From: the human T2T-CHM13v2.0 reference genome, Homo sapiens
Strand: one strand, 5' to 3'
Assembly (NCBI RefSeq): GCF_009914755.1
Contig: NC_060927.1
Length of the DNA: 64,000 nt
In this document: one piece after another, positions 60,621-64,000 of the stretch
Layout: each line of letters opens with the position of its first letter
Numbering within the stretch: position 1 is the stretch's first letter
The notes under the pieces: model-generated
What the model was told of the DNA's origin: nothing
What the model saw: the letters and a program-made list of their open reading frames with translations, nothing else
The model's database searches: none
Program-made: the position numbers and the translations under genes

Positions 60621-62128
60621 CCTCAAATTATGATGATTGCATTTTATATTGAATTTTATATTTCTGGCTGCAAAGTATTACTTTATAATATACATTATAT
60701 TTCTATAAAAATAAGAAGTTTGATAATTTTGGTAAATTAAAATTGACATTGATTTGAAAGACTCCCTGTATGAGGTTGGGATGAGAGAGGAATGCAGGAA
60801 TAAGAACTGTCATCTCTCTTGTCATTGTTGCTGTCTGGAAGGACCTGTGTAAGGGCGAGGCCTCCTCATCTGCTCTGTTCTGAGGGGTGAGGATGAAGGG
60901 AGGGGGATGACTGGTAGCTGAGGGGCACACCAACACCAACTACATGTGCTAGGATAGGGAAGATAGGAAAAACACGCAGGTATGTGCAGACGTGCATGCA
61001 CACACACACACGCATGTGCACACAAATGCAAGCACATGCATGCACATATATATAGAATTCTAAGGTCCTGGGGCCCACCAACTAAAATTTCACAGAACTT
61101 TAGAATTTGTTTTGTACCCTTCACACAATATGCTGCGGTACTGCTGTCCTCATTTCATAAGATGGAATTTTCACAGCCATTTAGCAGCAGAACTAGCCTC
61201 AACCACAGACAGAAAATCCAAATTTGATTCCTCTCCCACTGCATGGGCCCTAAATTCAGCCCTCTGGGTTTCCTATCCTAATAGGAATCCCAGAATCTCA
61301 AGCTGCTCCAGGTATGGCAGCCCTTGAAGTTCTGCATCAGGGGATAGGCTGGTAAAGATGGACACTGAAAGCCTTTCTGTCTAGCCTCGTCTCTGAAAAC
61401 CAGAGGGAAAGATGATGAGAGCTAATCAAGTTCCCATGGCCTCATATCCTCTCTTCTCTCAAAAGCAGAGAGTTTTCTCAAATGGAACAAAGCAATTTCT
61501 TTGCCAAGAAAGCTTTTATGTTCACCTTCAAAATAGCATTTCTGCTTTGCAAAGAGAGCCTTTCAGAGAGACAACTTGTTTGAAAGGAAGTAAATAAGAA
61601 GAGAGAAAGTGCCCGCAGCTCCAATTTTTCTCCAATAGGATTGTAGTGCTTTGACATAAGAGTACCTGGCAGCTGGAATTCCAGCTTCCTGTTCCCCTCC
61701 TTGAAACAGGCATGAGGAGGCTGCTGCAGATGGGGCAGAACGGCCCCTGGAGACAGTCTCTTCTGTGTAATTGAGCCCTCAACATTCTAACTGTGAAAAG
61801 GGAGAAACCACTGCAGCAGTCCCAGGCTTTATACAGGAATTCTCAGATGCTGGAGCAAACACACAAACATTAATTTCTGGATTATGTGGGTTCCTCAGCC
61901 AGCCTTACCCATGAGTAGCTCTCTTAATCTGAACACTTTCCCCACAAGCCTTTCTACATATTTCCTCTATTGCTCACCCCTCTGCTTTAAAATTCCTAAT
62001 GTGAGGTGATGGAATAAAAGCCATTATTTAAAAAATCCCACTTGCCTGGACATAATTTACCAGGAAGCTCTCCAGTCCCTAGTTGGAGTCCAGGGAAAAG
62101 ATCCAGTGTACTTTGGAGGGTACAGCAG

Positions 62129-62579
62129 TGTGTTAGCTAGGGTTCTCCAGAGAAAACTAGTAGGATAATGTGCACATATATATGTGTGTGTGTGTATAAT
62201 ACATCTATATCACATATATATATGACATATATATATATATGATATACATATCAGATGTTATAGATTCCAGTAAGATCCTGAAGGCCTGAGAACCAGGAAT
62301 GCCAAGGGCAGAAGATCAAGGGCAGACTGATATCCCAGCACAAGCAGTCAAGTAAAGAGAGTGAATCCTCCCTTCTCCCACCTTTTTGTTCTATTCAGGC
62401 CCTCAATGGATTGGTGATGCCCACCTACTCTGGGGAGGGCCACTTGCTTTACTCAGTCTACCAATTCAATGCTCATCTCTTCCAGAAACACCCTTATACA
62501 TACGCCCAGAAATCATGTTTAGCCAGCTATCTGGGCATCTCCCAACCCAGTCAGGTTGAGACATAATTTAGCTACCACA
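62129..62579 (-). mobile_element. MLT2C-like ERVL solo LTR
   Basis: tgtgttagctagggttctccagaga...ccagtcaggttgagacataatttagctaccaca; perfect TSD agcag (62124-62128, 62580-62584). Confidence 0.85.
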
Positions 62580-62627
62580 AGCAGAAAGATGGGGCATTCA
62601 GCTGTGGGCAGGTGCCAGGGTGAGGCT

Positions 62628-63062
62628 CTAGTGGACATTGCCAGGGCTTTCCCCAATCCCCTGGGTCTTTTTTCTGGTCTTCACCCCTGTCCAGGGGCCT
62701 GCACCAGCAGCTCGCAGCAGGACTGCGCTCAGCCTACCAGTTGCTCTGTCTGCACTCCCAGAGAGCTGCCACTACCTGGGGATTTACATCCCACACAATG
62801 CCCCTTGCCAATGACTGACTGGAGTGCCATGTGAAAAGCCCAGGACCCTGGCCTCAAGTGGTACAAATTCTAAGGATGAATCCAGCACTCCCTGTGGAAT
62901 CAGGATGAAGCCACCCTCCACATGTCCCTGCTAGGCTCCTACTGTGCTCCGTTTCCTCCCCTCTCCTGCTTCTCCCACTCCATTACAGGTTTCTCCTGGG
63001 AGCACTTCCTCAATATACAACTTATTCCCAAATCCTCATCTCAAAGTCTGCTTGTGAAGACA
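62628..63062 (+). mobile_element. LTR16-like ERVL LTR
   Basis: ccttgccaatgactgactgg; caggtttctcctgggagcacttcctcaata...aatcctcatctcaaagtctgctt. Confidence 0.7.
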
Positions 63063-64000
63063 GAGTTCCTCGCTGGTGAGGGCCAGGTGGAATGGGGCTT
63101 TTCCGATGAGGTACGAACAAAACAATCTCACCTGCTTTTCAATATTTTGCCACTCTTATACAGTAAAGGTGGGAATTATATTTTAGAATTTCGAATTCTC
63201 CATGCAGCTAGAGGAAAAACATCCCTTTCTAAAGACAGCAGCTTTGCTTACCAATGTATTTAATCATATTCATAGCCCAAGACCCATCTATTACTGTTGC
63301 CCAACACTGTGGGCAGTAGGGATGGTAATGTCTGATGTTTTTCTCAACAGTGATTGATATTATTTGCATAAATTTGTAGAGGCGCTTGTTACAAAGAAAT
63401 AAAGTATCCACCTAAGCACTGCATGAAAATCAGCATAATATTAACCAAAAGGGGAAATGAAAAAGGAAAATGTCACCAGAAATTTTAGCTTATCAATCTT
63501 CATTCTTCCCCTTTAACACTGTTTCCACTGCTGCTTATATCACATTTGCATAATTAAATTGCTGGAAGCATGTGTGTTAATTTGGATGGAAAGTATATAT
63601 TATTTCTACTGTGTAAAAATTATTTGATGTTTGATTGGGTTTTTAATGCTCACCCTTCAAATTACTGAAGAGAGAAAAATAGTTTTATTTTTGTCCTTTT
63701 TTTCCCCAACCTATTTGACCAAGAGGTGTTCAGATATTGTTAGAAGGTAACAAGTACAAAATTAAGGCCAAGCTAATGCAAATACAGGCCTCTAGGAGAG
63801 AAGGTGGGAAGGGGGAGGCAGGTGCCTAGGCAAGGTTATCCATGGTTCTGGGGCCTTGTTTTGGCTTTGCCATGCACTGGCTATGTGACCTTGGGTGGGG
63901 GTCATTTCTCCTTTGCATTCATTCATTTGTTCATTTGAGAAACATCTACTCTTGTCTACTCTGGGCCAAAAAGGAATTAACTAGATCAGCACTATCTAAT

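Overview
Human genomic DNA: an AluYb8 with its diagnostic 7-bp duplication sits at 40.5 kb and a full-length SVA at 28.6-30.6 kb. The window is intronic or intergenic and repeat-rich. I could not recognise any host protein-coding exon, RNA gene or CRISPR array, and the only recognisable proteins in the ORF track are broken L1 ORF1/ORF2 pieces. The first 9.4 kb is a three-level L1 nest: an old L1M contains a 5'-truncated L1PB1-like element, which contains a near full-length L1PA6/7-like element; both insertions have target-site duplications (TSDs). The inner L1 has an internal deletion that joins ORF1 in frame to ORF2. The rest holds about 15 Alu/FAM elements, ERVL/MaLR/ERV1 solo LTRs, DNA-transposon relics, MIR/L2/CR1 fragments and repeat-poor stretches with enhancer-like motif clusters. 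The most unusual signal is a set of local templated-copy structures that repeat annotation does not explain: a fold-back at 7.5 kb, a 120-bp inverted copy at 22.3/22.8 kb, a 120-bp direct copy at 25.6/26.5 kb, and a 300-bp patchwork of inverted, tandem and palindromic fragments at 32.4-32.75 kb. I see no evidence for a new encoded biological system. Subfamily names are recalled from consensus sequences and need RepeatMasker/Dfam confirmation; boundaries of old repeats are approximate.
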